Shown: one piece after another, positions 1 to 8,808 of the stretch
Layout: the number at the start of each line of letters is the position of its first letter
How positions within the stretch are numbered: the first letter of the stretch is position 1
Virus record (IMG/VR): IMGVR_UViG_3300033153_003354
Span: 1-64,000 of that record
DNA: 64,000 bases
Source: a virus
Reading direction: 5' to 3' (one strand)
Translations under genes and position numbers: made by a program
Notes under the pieces: generated by a model
The model's input: only the letters and a program-made list of their open reading frames with translations
Database searches by the model: none
Told to the model about the DNA's origin: nothing

Positions 1-39
1 GATGATCGTCTTGAACAACTTCGAGAAATAGATGCTAGG

Positions 40-369
40 TTGGGTGCTCTTGGACAAGTTGAAGAAGATATAAAAACTTCTATAAAAAATTGGTTGGAAT
101 CCAATCAAAAAAGGAAAGAAGAATTTGATGCAGCCAATGTCACAATGTGGTCCAGACAAATGAAAAAATATGATCCATCTGTTGTAAAAGCTGTGTTGGA
201 TAGGTATGGATTGTTTTATATGGTTATGGATGTTAAAAAGGGTGAAGTTGATAAGGTCTTAAAGAGTGGAAGATTATCACCAGAAGATAAACAACAAATC
301 ATAGATTCTGGAACAAACGCATTTGGTAAACCATCATTGAGGATAAAATTCAAACCAAAGAAGGAATAA
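40..369 (+). CDS. hypothetical protein (probably the 3' part of a gene starting before the window)
   Basis: Frame is open from the window start; abuts the next gene. Confidence 0.5.
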   Translation: MGALGQVEEDIKTSIKNWLESNQKRKEEFDAANVTMWSRQMKKYDPSVVKAVLDRYGLFYMVMDVKKGEVDKVLKSGRLSPEDKQQIIDSGTNAFGKPSLRIKFKPKKE

Positions 370-371
370 GA

Positions 372-1364
372 ATGGACATACATTATCTTGGAGAGGAAAT
401 ATTTGGTGAGTCACTATTTAATGAACCCAGACGATATTATAATTTTCCACAGCGGAGAAATCATATTCTACATGAACTACAAAGAGGAAAAAATAGAATT
501 TTTATTACACAATTTTCTACACTCTATGGATTCACAAAGAGAATGAATGGTAGGATAGAGAAAAATCATGTAACAATCACAGATAGTCCATTATTTGCAT
601 TTAATGATGGTCCCATAGATGTGTTTGATTTTTCTGTTTGGTATCCAGAAATCCGCAAAGAAGAACATGGAATGGATCGTGGATACCATTTAATGAAACA
701 CAACCTTGAAAAAATATTAAAACGTGTTAAATTGGTTGTTGTTAAAACTGAATGCGGAAAAGAATTTTGTAAAGAATTCAATGATAACATTGAGATCATA
801 CCAACACCAGTAGATACAGAAATGTTCAAACCTGGTGAATCTCCAGATAAATCAGATGTGTTTACAATGATATATGCTGGAAAAATAACAAAGTGGACAC
901 GGAATCTTGTCAATATATGTGATGTAGTGGAAGAATTTGATGGTCAAATCAAGTTTGGTATAGTAGGTGATGGGCCAAGTAAAGAAGCTCTCACAGGTCA
1001 ATATAAACACACTTCTATCATTGGACCATTTTCACATTCTGATATGCCGGATATAATGCAACAAGCTGATGTTGGTATTTATCCTGCTAATGATGATTGT
1101 CCAATGGTTGTTCCAGAATATTTTGCTTCTGGACTTCCAGTTTTTGCATTTGATGGAAAAATTAGTACAAGTGTCGAACACAAGAAAAATGGGTTTTTGA
1201 GTGATACAAGTGTAAATGATATATCATCTACCATAGAAGATATGTTAAATGATAATGATAAATTGAAAGAAATTGGGAAAAATAATAGGGAAGTAGCAAT
1301 TAGGGATTATGATATTAAGAAGATCGGGATGAAATACAACCAAGTTATCCGAGGATTAAGATGA
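372..1364 (+). CDS. GT-B fold glycosyltransferase (GT4-like)
   Basis: IPTPVDTEMFKP, IVGDGP and VPEYFASGLPV motifs. Confidence 0.85.
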   Translation: MDIHYLGEEIFGESLFNEPRRYYNFPQRRNHILHELQRGKNRIFITQFSTLYGFTKRMNGRIEKNHVTITDSPLFAFNDGPIDVFDFSVWYPEIRKEEHGMDRGYHLMKHNLEKILKRVKLVVVKTECGKEFCKEFNDNIEIIPTPVDTEMFKPGESPDKSDVFTMIYAGKITKWTRNLVNICDVVEEFDGQIKFGIVGDGPSKEALTGQYKHTSIIGPFSHSDMPDIMQQADVGIYPANDDCPMVVPEYFASGLPVFAFDGKISTSVEHKKNGFLSDTSVNDISSTIEDMLNDNDKLKEIGKNNREVAIRDYDIKKIGMKYNQVIRGLR

Positions 1365-2701
1365 AGGTTGTAATTCTGAACCCACCTAAACTTTTCAATC
1401 CATACGAAACCTATTTGTTAGTTGGTACTCCATCATATAAACAACATGGCAAGATAGATAATATATCAAATCTCATCATTGGACAAACATTAAAAAATAA
1501 TGGTTATGATGTTGTTCATATAGATGCATACAATGAAAATCTAACAATTGAACAAACCAGAGATAGATTATTGAAAGAAATCCCATTCAATTGGTTAGTT
1601 GTTAATACAGAAACACACCTAGATTATGATACCCCATTAAGTAGTTTTGAAAATATTACAACGTGTTTGTCTAAACCATTTTTAAAATCTTTAAAAACAA
1701 GATCCGTGTTGTTTGGAACACACTCAATGTTTGAGAAACCACCAATTTGGTTTAATTTTAATGTTGCTGGAGAAGGTGAAACAGCAGTACCAAATTTAAT
1801 TCTTCAATTTGATAATGGAATACAAATCAAAAAATTTCAAACTGCATCTCCAGTGAATCAAAATAAGTTGGTTGTTCCTAATGTAGAATCATTTAAATAT
1901 ACAAATTCAATGGATTCTTTGTATTTTTTTGATAATGGTGGAAAAACAATACAGATGTTAACATACCGTGATTCATTTTCAAACAACAGAAATACATTTA
2001 ATCCGAATAATAATTACAATGATAGATATAAATATGAACGAGAAATTATTGACCAACTAAATATAATACATGATATGGGTGGTAAATGTGTTATATTAGA
2101 TGAAATAAATTTCGATTGGGTCAATTTAAATTTACTTCATAAAAATCTCAAAGATTTAGATTTATATTTTGCAGGAAAAATTAATCCAAAACATCTTCAA
2201 AATAAAAAGCAAGTATTAAAACTTCATGATATTGGATATAGAACAATCGAATTAGATGTTTTATCATACAATGATCCAATACATAAAAACATAAATTCAC
2301 CATTGACTAAAACTGTTATTAATAAGGCTATAAACAATTGTAATCGTGAAGGAATAGAATTGGTTGTTAATTTGCTTTTGTTTTTACCTGGAGAAAGAGA
2401 ACAAACACTAAAAAATAATCAAAAATTCATAGAAAATAACAATTTCTTTGGCAATAGTTCTTATATTTGTATGGTATATCCAACATCAATGTTAGCAAAA
2501 GAATTTAGAATTGGTGGGATGATTCCATCAATAGAATCTGCTGGATTAGTTTCTACTCCATGGAAAACAATGAATACAATTAGAAAAAGATGGCGTGATT
2601 TTGATGCAGAATATAATAGTCCATCTATAATTGAAATGTTAAAACACAATCAACCGGAAGCATTTATGAACTGGAGAAATGGCATAAATTTATTTGAATA
2701 G
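1361..2701 (+). CDS. B12-binding/radical-SAM-like protein lacking CxxxCxxC
   Basis: MKVVILNPP start, GEGE motif, LPGE motif; the cysteine triad region reads TYRDSFSNNRNTF. Confidence 0.65.
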   Translation: MKVVILNPPKLFNPYETYLLVGTPSYKQHGKIDNISNLIIGQTLKNNGYDVVHIDAYNENLTIEQTRDRLLKEIPFNWLVVNTETHLDYDTPLSSFENITTCLSKPFLKSLKTRSVLFGTHSMFEKPPIWFNFNVAGEGETAVPNLILQFDNGIQIKKFQTASPVNQNKLVVPNVESFKYTNSMDSLYFFDNGGKTIQMLTYRDSFSNNRNTFNPNNNYNDRYKYEREIIDQLNIIHDMGGKCVILDEINFDWVNLNLLHKNLKDLDLYFAGKINPKHLQNKKQVLKLHDIGYRTIELDVLSYNDPIHKNINSPLTKTVINKAINNCNREGIELVVNLLLFLPGEREQTLKNNQKFIENNNFFGNSSYICMVYPTSMLAKEFRIGGMIPSIESAGLVSTPWKTMNTIRKRWRDFDAEYNSPSIIEMLKHNQPEAFMNWRNGINLFE

Positions 2702-2709
2702 GTGTTGAA

Positions 2710-3432
2710 ATGGAATTACCAGAGTGGTGGAAGCACAAGGAAAATTATGTGATTATGGATTGCTTAGAAGGCATGAAAGACATTCCTGATAACAGTGTGG
2801 ATTTAATATTAACTGATCCACCATTTAATGTTGGTATAGATTATGGTAAAAATACAAATGATGTTATGAATGATTCTGATTATTCATATTGGATAGAAAA
2901 AAGATTATTAGAATTTGAACGTATCATAAAAAATGGAAAACCAATAATAATATTTACTGGCGATAAAAAAATATATTCAATATTAAATGCAGTTAAAAAT
3001 ACCAATTTAATGTTTCATCATCATTTTTTTAAATGGAATAAACCATCTGGTCAACGAGGATTGTCTGGTTGGGTTTTATTTAATCGTACAGAATTAGCAT
3101 TATTATTAACAAAAGGAAAACCACAACAAAATATATTAAACAGAAAAATACTATATTCTGATACACTTATACATGAAAACACAAAACCAAACGATAAAGA
3201 TGCAGTTAATCATCCATGTAGAAGACCAACAAAATTATATTCACATATAATCAAAGGAATGACCAAGAAAAATGATATAATCCTAGACCCGTTCTTGGGT
3301 TCAGGTACTACACTTTTAGCATGTAAGGAAACCAATAGAATAGGGTTGGGATTTGAGATTAACCCAGAGTATGAATCCATTATTAGAGATAGGACAATAT
3401 CTAAATCTGAAACTATAGGAGATTATTTCTAG
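2710..3432 (+). CDS. N4/N6 DNA methyltransferase (beta class) MTase1
   Basis: TDPPF ... HPCRRP ... DPFLGSGTT. Confidence 0.92.
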   Translation: MELPEWWKHKENYVIMDCLEGMKDIPDNSVDLILTDPPFNVGIDYGKNTNDVMNDSDYSYWIEKRLLEFERIIKNGKPIIIFTGDKKIYSILNAVKNTNLMFHHHFFKWNKPSGQRGLSGWVLFNRTELALLLTKGKPQQNILNRKILYSDTLIHENTKPNDKDAVNHPCRRPTKLYSHIIKGMTKKNDIILDPFLGSGTTLLACKETNRIGLGFEINPEYESIIRDRTISKSETIGDYF

Positions 3433-3441
3433 GAGTATTTA

Positions 3442-4833
3442 ATGACAAACGAAACATCTTCCGTATGGCAAGATCTTGTGCCAACATATCATTATCCACC
3501 ATTACCAAGTGAACGACATTTGTATGGTAAACATTTAATAGAAGATTTTGAAGTAGTGTTTGGTAAAAAGGTATGGAATACCCCACATACTGATAAATTA
3601 GTATTGCATGTTGTATCTGGGCAACTTCAAGCAATGAAAAAAGTAAGACTTAATGTGTTAGATACACAACTTGATCTTCGGATTCATGGAACAGTGTTTC
3701 AAAGTTCAGGTAGTGGTAAGGGTAGGGCATTTAATGGTGCTGCTGAATTATGTCAATATTTAGATTTGAATTATCAACCAATCACAGAAATAACAGATGC
3801 TGCATTGATAGGATCATGGGAAAAAAATACAATCTATATTCCAAAAAAGGGAGAAAAAATAGTAAAAACATTATTGCCTGGTTGGTTACATCCATCACAA
3901 AACATACATATAATTGCAATGAATGAAGCCGAAGTTTTATTTTCAACAAAAGTTAGTCCACATGCAAAAAATACCATGACTTACTATCAGATAGCAATGA
4001 ATACAATGGGAACCAAAGATAATGAATTGGTGAAAAAACTCATCTCTGGTCCAGAACCAGTTGTTTGTAATCCAGAATTTTCGTTACTTTTAACTTCTTA
4101 TCTCCCAGAGAATTTACTTAAAGTCATTGTTGAGCGTGGATTTTTACAACGACAAATTAATGTTATCAATGATGTAACTTCTCAAGATCGTCTTGAAACA
4201 GCTCTTTATTCTGTGCATAATCTTGGGAAAAAACCAATAGGAAAATATTCATTGAAAGAAATAGGAGATAGGTTATTGGTGGTTAACCAGCACATTGAAA
4301 GCAACCCACACATTAATATTTCGGATGATGCAATAAATGGTATGGAGGTTGTTGTTAATGATATATTTAATCCACTTGATGAAGTATCTATATTTCCAAA
4401 AAAGAAATTGGAAGAATATGTTCATAGATATTTAGAACACACTTATAAAATTGCAACACATCACATGTTCTTTAGATTGGACAATACAATGAAATCCGAA
4501 GATGTTGCTTATGCAAAGAATTTCATAATTCCAATATGGAACAAAATAGTTTCATATATAGAAGATTCAGTTCAAGATAATCCAAAAGAACATGAAAAAA
4601 GAATAACAGAATATAGAATTATGAAAGAATGTTATGATGCTTTGGTAGCAGAAAAATTCACTACTGGATGGGTTCCATTACCAACACTTTCAAATTTATT
4701 GCAAAATCAATGGGATGTAAGTAGACCACTCACAGAAAAAAGAATAGAACGTGCAATAGAAGCAGGAATGTTTGAAAGAAAAAAGAAAGGACTTACTAAA
4801 TATGTTCATTTTCTTAAATTACCAAAGAAATGA
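3442..4833 (+). CDS. divergent MCM-like AAA+ ATPase, putative replicative helicase
   Basis: SSGSGKG Walker A, TDAALIGS (MCM-like), IAMNEAE Walker B variant, wHTH-like C-terminus; lies in the replication cluster. Confidence 0.55.
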   Translation: MTNETSSVWQDLVPTYHYPPLPSERHLYGKHLIEDFEVVFGKKVWNTPHTDKLVLHVVSGQLQAMKKVRLNVLDTQLDLRIHGTVFQSSGSGKGRAFNGAAELCQYLDLNYQPITEITDAALIGSWEKNTIYIPKKGEKIVKTLLPGWLHPSQNIHIIAMNEAEVLFSTKVSPHAKNTMTYYQIAMNTMGTKDNELVKKLISGPEPVVCNPEFSLLLTSYLPENLLKVIVERGFLQRQINVINDVTSQDRLETALYSVHNLGKKPIGKYSLKEIGDRLLVVNQHIESNPHINISDDAINGMEVVVNDIFNPLDEVSIFPKKKLEEYVHRYLEHTYKIATHHMFFRLDNTMKSEDVAYAKNFIIPIWNKIVSYIEDSVQDNPKEHEKRITEYRIMKECYDALVAEKFTTGWVPLPTLSNLLQNQWDVSRPLTEKRIERAIEAGMFERKKKGLTKYVHFLKLPKK

Positions 4834-4879
4834 GAACAAAGTTTATATTGGTCTAGTAACATAAGAAAAATAACAATAG

Positions 4880-5839
4880 GTGAAAAACATGAAAGTACCA
4901 ACGGATGTAAAAACAGAATTGACAGGAATGGCTACAGCCATGGGAATTGATATGGAAATGATCAAAAAGGAATTTGGACAGATCGTTAAAGAATCATACC
5001 TGGCTGAATATGACATCGATGAACGATGCAGACAAGCAGCAAAAATATTGAAAGCAAGAATGGCAGATTCCTTTAGTGCTATGGGAGATGATTATGATGG
5101 AATAATTGTTCATATGACTGTTCCAAAGGAAATTGATATTAAAGCAAAAGGAGATAAACCAGCCAGAAAAGCAAAGATTGCAAACATATATGGAATATTT
5201 GCAAAGGTTGGTGACAAATCAAAACCAACATTTGCTAAAATAACATGCTGGGATGATGCAACCGAAACCCTTTCTATGATTGAATTGAATAAATCATATA
5301 AAATGAAATTAAATGGTGGACTAAAAGAGGGATACCTTCAGTTGTCATTGAATAACAAAATAATTCCAGAATCAATAGAACTAAACATTCCTCCACTCAA
5401 GGAAGTTGTTCCAAAATTGTTTAGATTGATTCGTTTATCAGAAGCATCACTAAATACTAGCAAGGGAAATGAACTAAAGATGGTTCGTGGTCGTGTTAGA
5501 AGTGAAGCTGTAATCAGTACAAAACTTGGAACTGATTTGGGATTAATCAAAATCATAGATGATACTGTTACTCCAGAAGAGTTAAAGAAGGATCCAGAGG
5601 GGTCAGAAATGACTATTATGTGTGATCCATCACTTGTGAAATGGGAACAAGGTTCTGATTTGTATTTCATTGGTGTTATTACCATGAATGATAAATATCC
5701 AACCCCAAGTATGAGAGCAGAATTGATAGTACCAATCCTTGGTATAGAAAAGTCTGATACATCAGTCATGAGAGAAGCAGCGTCAGAAGCAATATCAGAA
5801 ACAACTTCTGATGATGCAATAGACTTAACAGATTTCTAG
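4880..5839 (+). CDS. putative RPA/SSB (OB folds)
   Basis: AKITCWDD OB-fold motif, acidic tail ending DAIDLTDF, genomic context. Confidence 0.6.
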   Translation: MKNMKVPTDVKTELTGMATAMGIDMEMIKKEFGQIVKESYLAEYDIDERCRQAAKILKARMADSFSAMGDDYDGIIVHMTVPKEIDIKAKGDKPARKAKIANIYGIFAKVGDKSKPTFAKITCWDDATETLSMIELNKSYKMKLNGGLKEGYLQLSLNNKIIPESIELNIPPLKEVVPKLFRLIRLSEASLNTSKGNELKMVRGRVRSEAVISTKLGTDLGLIKIIDDTVTPEELKKDPEGSEMTIMCDPSLVKWEQGSDLYFIGVITMNDKYPTPSMRAELIVPILGIEKSDTSVMREAASEAISETTSDDAIDLTDF

Positions 5840-5847
5840 GTGATGAT

Positions 5848-6927
5848 ATGGGATTTGAAAATTTTAAAGATGAAATCGAAGATGGTACTGAAGAACGAGA
5901 AGAACAAATTGAAGTAATGAATGAGGTTCCAATTGTTAATGGTTCATCATTGGTTGAAGATAGAGTATGGAAAATAATGATAGATGGTGAATCAGCTTCT
6001 GGAAAAACAGATTTCGCTCTTGGATGGATTAATTATGAAATTGAGGACCTTGGAAAAAAACCGGAAGATGTTCTTTTATGTATCATTGATTTAGATGATG
6101 GTGTTACACCATTATTGCAACAAGGAAGGGTAAAACCACAACATCGTGATAGAGTTTTGTATTTACCTTGTAAGGATTTTGCAAGTTTTTTAAGATCGTA
6201 TGAACAATTCAAACCAGTATTGATTGAACACAATGAAAAAACTGGAAATAAAGGAATGTTGTTTGTTGATAATATGCACCAACTTTGGGAATGGGCGAGA
6301 GAAAAATATACCAAAGATTCTTATGGTATGACAATGGAAAAACTTCTTATTTTGCGAAGAAAAAAGGCAATAGAAAATAATACTTTTGTTCCAACATTTG
6401 ATCAAATATCAGATTATGGAATTATAAATCCATTGCATAATGATCCATTGGAAGATATGAAATTTGAATCAAATAGATATTTCCATTATATTTGGGCAAC
6501 ACCAACAAAAAGTGAGTTTGAAACAAGAAAACCAAAACCAGGTGGTCAAAAAGACAACATCCTCCGAGTGGATTATCATCTTCGGAAATATACAGAAGGA
6601 GAAGATGTAAATCTTCGATACTTTGCAGATTTGATAAAGAATCGTGGATTATCAAGAACATTTGTTCATCTTGAAAATCCAACATTCTCACGATTTGCAA
6701 AAGCAATCGAAACCATCAAGGAAGCGGATAAAAATGTTCGTGAAATAGATTTACCAATTTTGCCCAATGACGAAAAGGATGTAGATGGTGAAGATGACAT
6801 TGGATGGAATTCAACATCTTCTGAAAAAGAAACAATTCCAAAAGAAGAAAAGGAACAAATTGAAGTTTCAAATGGAATAACAGAACAAGAAGAAATGACA
6901 GAAGATGAAGAAGATATTGAGTGGTGA
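5848..6927 (+). CDS. RecA/Sak4-like P-loop ATPase
   Basis: GESASGKT, IIDLDDG, LFVDNM; long acidic tail. Confidence 0.65.
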   Translation: MGFENFKDEIEDGTEEREEQIEVMNEVPIVNGSSLVEDRVWKIMIDGESASGKTDFALGWINYEIEDLGKKPEDVLLCIIDLDDGVTPLLQQGRVKPQHRDRVLYLPCKDFASFLRSYEQFKPVLIEHNEKTGNKGMLFVDNMHQLWEWAREKYTKDSYGMTMEKLLILRRKKAIENNTFVPTFDQISDYGIINPLHNDPLEDMKFESNRYFHYIWATPTKSEFETRKPKPGGQKDNILRVDYHLRKYTEGEDVNLRYFADLIKNRGLSRTFVHLENPTFSRFAKAIETIKEADKNVREIDLPILPNDEKDVDGEDDIGWNSTSSEKETIPKEEKEQIEVSNGITEQEEMTEDEEDIEW

Positions 6928-7730
6928 AACGAATGACAAAAACAATAATAACAGCTAAACAATCAACATTTATAAAAATGTTAGATATGTTAGTTGGAGC
7001 AACAAAATCTAGGAAAACATATTTTGGTGAAGTTATTCTGGAGCTTACAACAGATACCATAAACTGTAAAGCTACTGATTCAGACCGAACAATTTTTTTG
7101 GTTTCTGAATTCAGAAATTTCACAGTAAAAACAACAAAGAAAGGAATGTCAATTGCAATCAGTCCTCTTACATGGTTGAAATATATGAACACTCTTTTTT
7201 CACCCGATGATGAAATTACAGTTGAATGTGAAGAACACACGATCAAGATCATCGGACCAAAAGATCAAGCAACAATACCAGCAACGGATCCAGAATTGGT
7301 CAACTCAAAGGTTGATGTTATTCCTTTCAAACTTGATGATAATGTTCCATCATATAAGAAAGGAACAATCAAAGCAACAACAATTGTTGAGATCGATGTA
7401 AATATCATGAGAGAACTCATGAAACGTGCTCAACTGGTAGGACAGTATTTTTATCCATTGAGTTTTCAAACACCAAATAAATTCACACCAACAGTTGGAG
7501 ATGTAACAAGGCGTGATAGTGCAACAATAACGTCTACATTTGATAATCTGGTGGTTGAAGGTGAGAACCTAGATGTTATATTAGCTGAAGGATTTGAAGT
7601 CATATTCAACTCTTTGGACGGTGTTGTGAAATTGCATGGTAAAACCAACTTCCCATTATGGGTAGTGAAAGAAACACAAGATTATACAGTTGGATTCATG
7701 GTAGCACCGAGAAAAGAATTATCTGATTGA
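6921..7730 (+). CDS. pcna: PCNA-like sliding clamp
   Basis: ~265 aa; KATDSDRT motif, FPLWV and C-terminal FMVAPR typical of PCNA; RFC genes nearby. Confidence 0.8.
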   Translation: MVKRMTKTIITAKQSTFIKMLDMLVGATKSRKTYFGEVILELTTDTINCKATDSDRTIFLVSEFRNFTVKTTKKGMSIAISPLTWLKYMNTLFSPDDEITVECEEHTIKIIGPKDQATIPATDPELVNSKVDVIPFKLDDNVPSYKKGTIKATTIVEIDVNIMRELMKRAQLVGQYFYPLSFQTPNKFTPTVGDVTRRDSATITSTFDNLVVEGENLDVILAEGFEVIFNSLDGVVKLHGKTNFPLWVVKETQDYTVGFMVAPRKELSD

Positions 7731-8806
7731 GCTGGTACAGCATGATAGACACATTTTGGAATGAAACCCCAAGAGCAGTTGGATCACCATTCCAAAAAAT
7801 AGTTTGGTCCAAAGATGAATTGGATAAATTTATCAATGATTCTAATGGCCAAACTATTTGTTTTACTTCCCACAATTCTTATCCTAAAGTTGAAAGGGCA
7901 TTTGGAACACCATTAACCACGAATGTATCAAAGATTTTCATTGATCTTGATGATGAAAAGAAACCAGAAAACGCCTTGTTAGATTGTCGATATTTAGTAA
8001 AGTGGGCACAAAAAGAAGGACTTCCATTTGCTTCTGCATTTAGTGGAGGTAAAGGATTTCATTTTTATATTTTATTGGAACCACAAATTTATAATATCAA
8101 CACTGGTCTTGGTGAATATTTTAGAAACATCCAACAATGGGTGACAACAAAATTAAAATTAAGAACAGCAGATAAAAGAATCTTTGGTGATTCAAAACGA
8201 TTGTGTAGAATGTGGTATACTCAATATGCAAAAACCGAGAAAAAAACCAGAAAAATCATCATGGGAGATACAAAATGTGTTCCTCTAACACCTGGACAAA
8301 TCCTTCATTGGTCAATCAATGATATTATTGAATATTCAATAGAACCAGAGAAAATACAAGAAGAATTTCAACCAGCATATTCTGAAAAAACAGAATTGAA
8401 ATTACATGAATTTGCAAAGACGTTTGATATTAAGATCGAAACAGTAAGTCAAAGACAATATGTAAGAGAGGAAGAACAGTCAAAATATGTAAAACCATCC
8501 AATGATTACATAAAGAATTTGTTTCCTCGTAAATGTATGCACAACGAACTTCTTAAAGATAATCCAAATCATGATGCACGTTTTGCAGCAGTTGTTCATC
8601 TAAAATCCTTGGGATTTACTCCTGGGAAAATTTACAAGTTATTTTTATCTTTGAATTGGATCGATATAGGAAACACTGAAACAATGCGTTATCAAGTTAA
8701 TCACATTTATAATCGTGTTCCAGAATATAAATTGCCAACTTGTTATTGGATTAAAAAGAAAGGATTTTGTGTTGGTAAGGAATGCGAAAAATATTGGGAG
8801 GAATAA
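7727..8806 (+). CDS. archaeo-eukaryotic primase, PriS-PriL(C-terminal) fusion
   Basis: FIDLD, FSGGKGFH and RLCR motifs; C-terminal KCM...NHDARF...PTC...C...C Fe-S-like domain. Confidence 0.85.
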   Translation: MSWYSMIDTFWNETPRAVGSPFQKIVWSKDELDKFINDSNGQTICFTSHNSYPKVERAFGTPLTTNVSKIFIDLDDEKKPENALLDCRYLVKWAQKEGLPFASAFSGGKGFHFYILLEPQIYNINTGLGEYFRNIQQWVTTKLKLRTADKRIFGDSKRLCRMWYTQYAKTEKKTRKIIMGDTKCVPLTPGQILHWSINDIIEYSIEPEKIQEEFQPAYSEKTELKLHEFAKTFDIKIETVSQRQYVREEEQSKYVKPSNDYIKNLFPRKCMHNELLKDNPNHDARFAAVVHLKSLGFTPGKIYKLFLSLNWIDIGNTETMRYQVNHIYNRVPEYKLPTCYWIKKKGFCVGKECEKYWEE

Positions 8807-8808
8807 GA

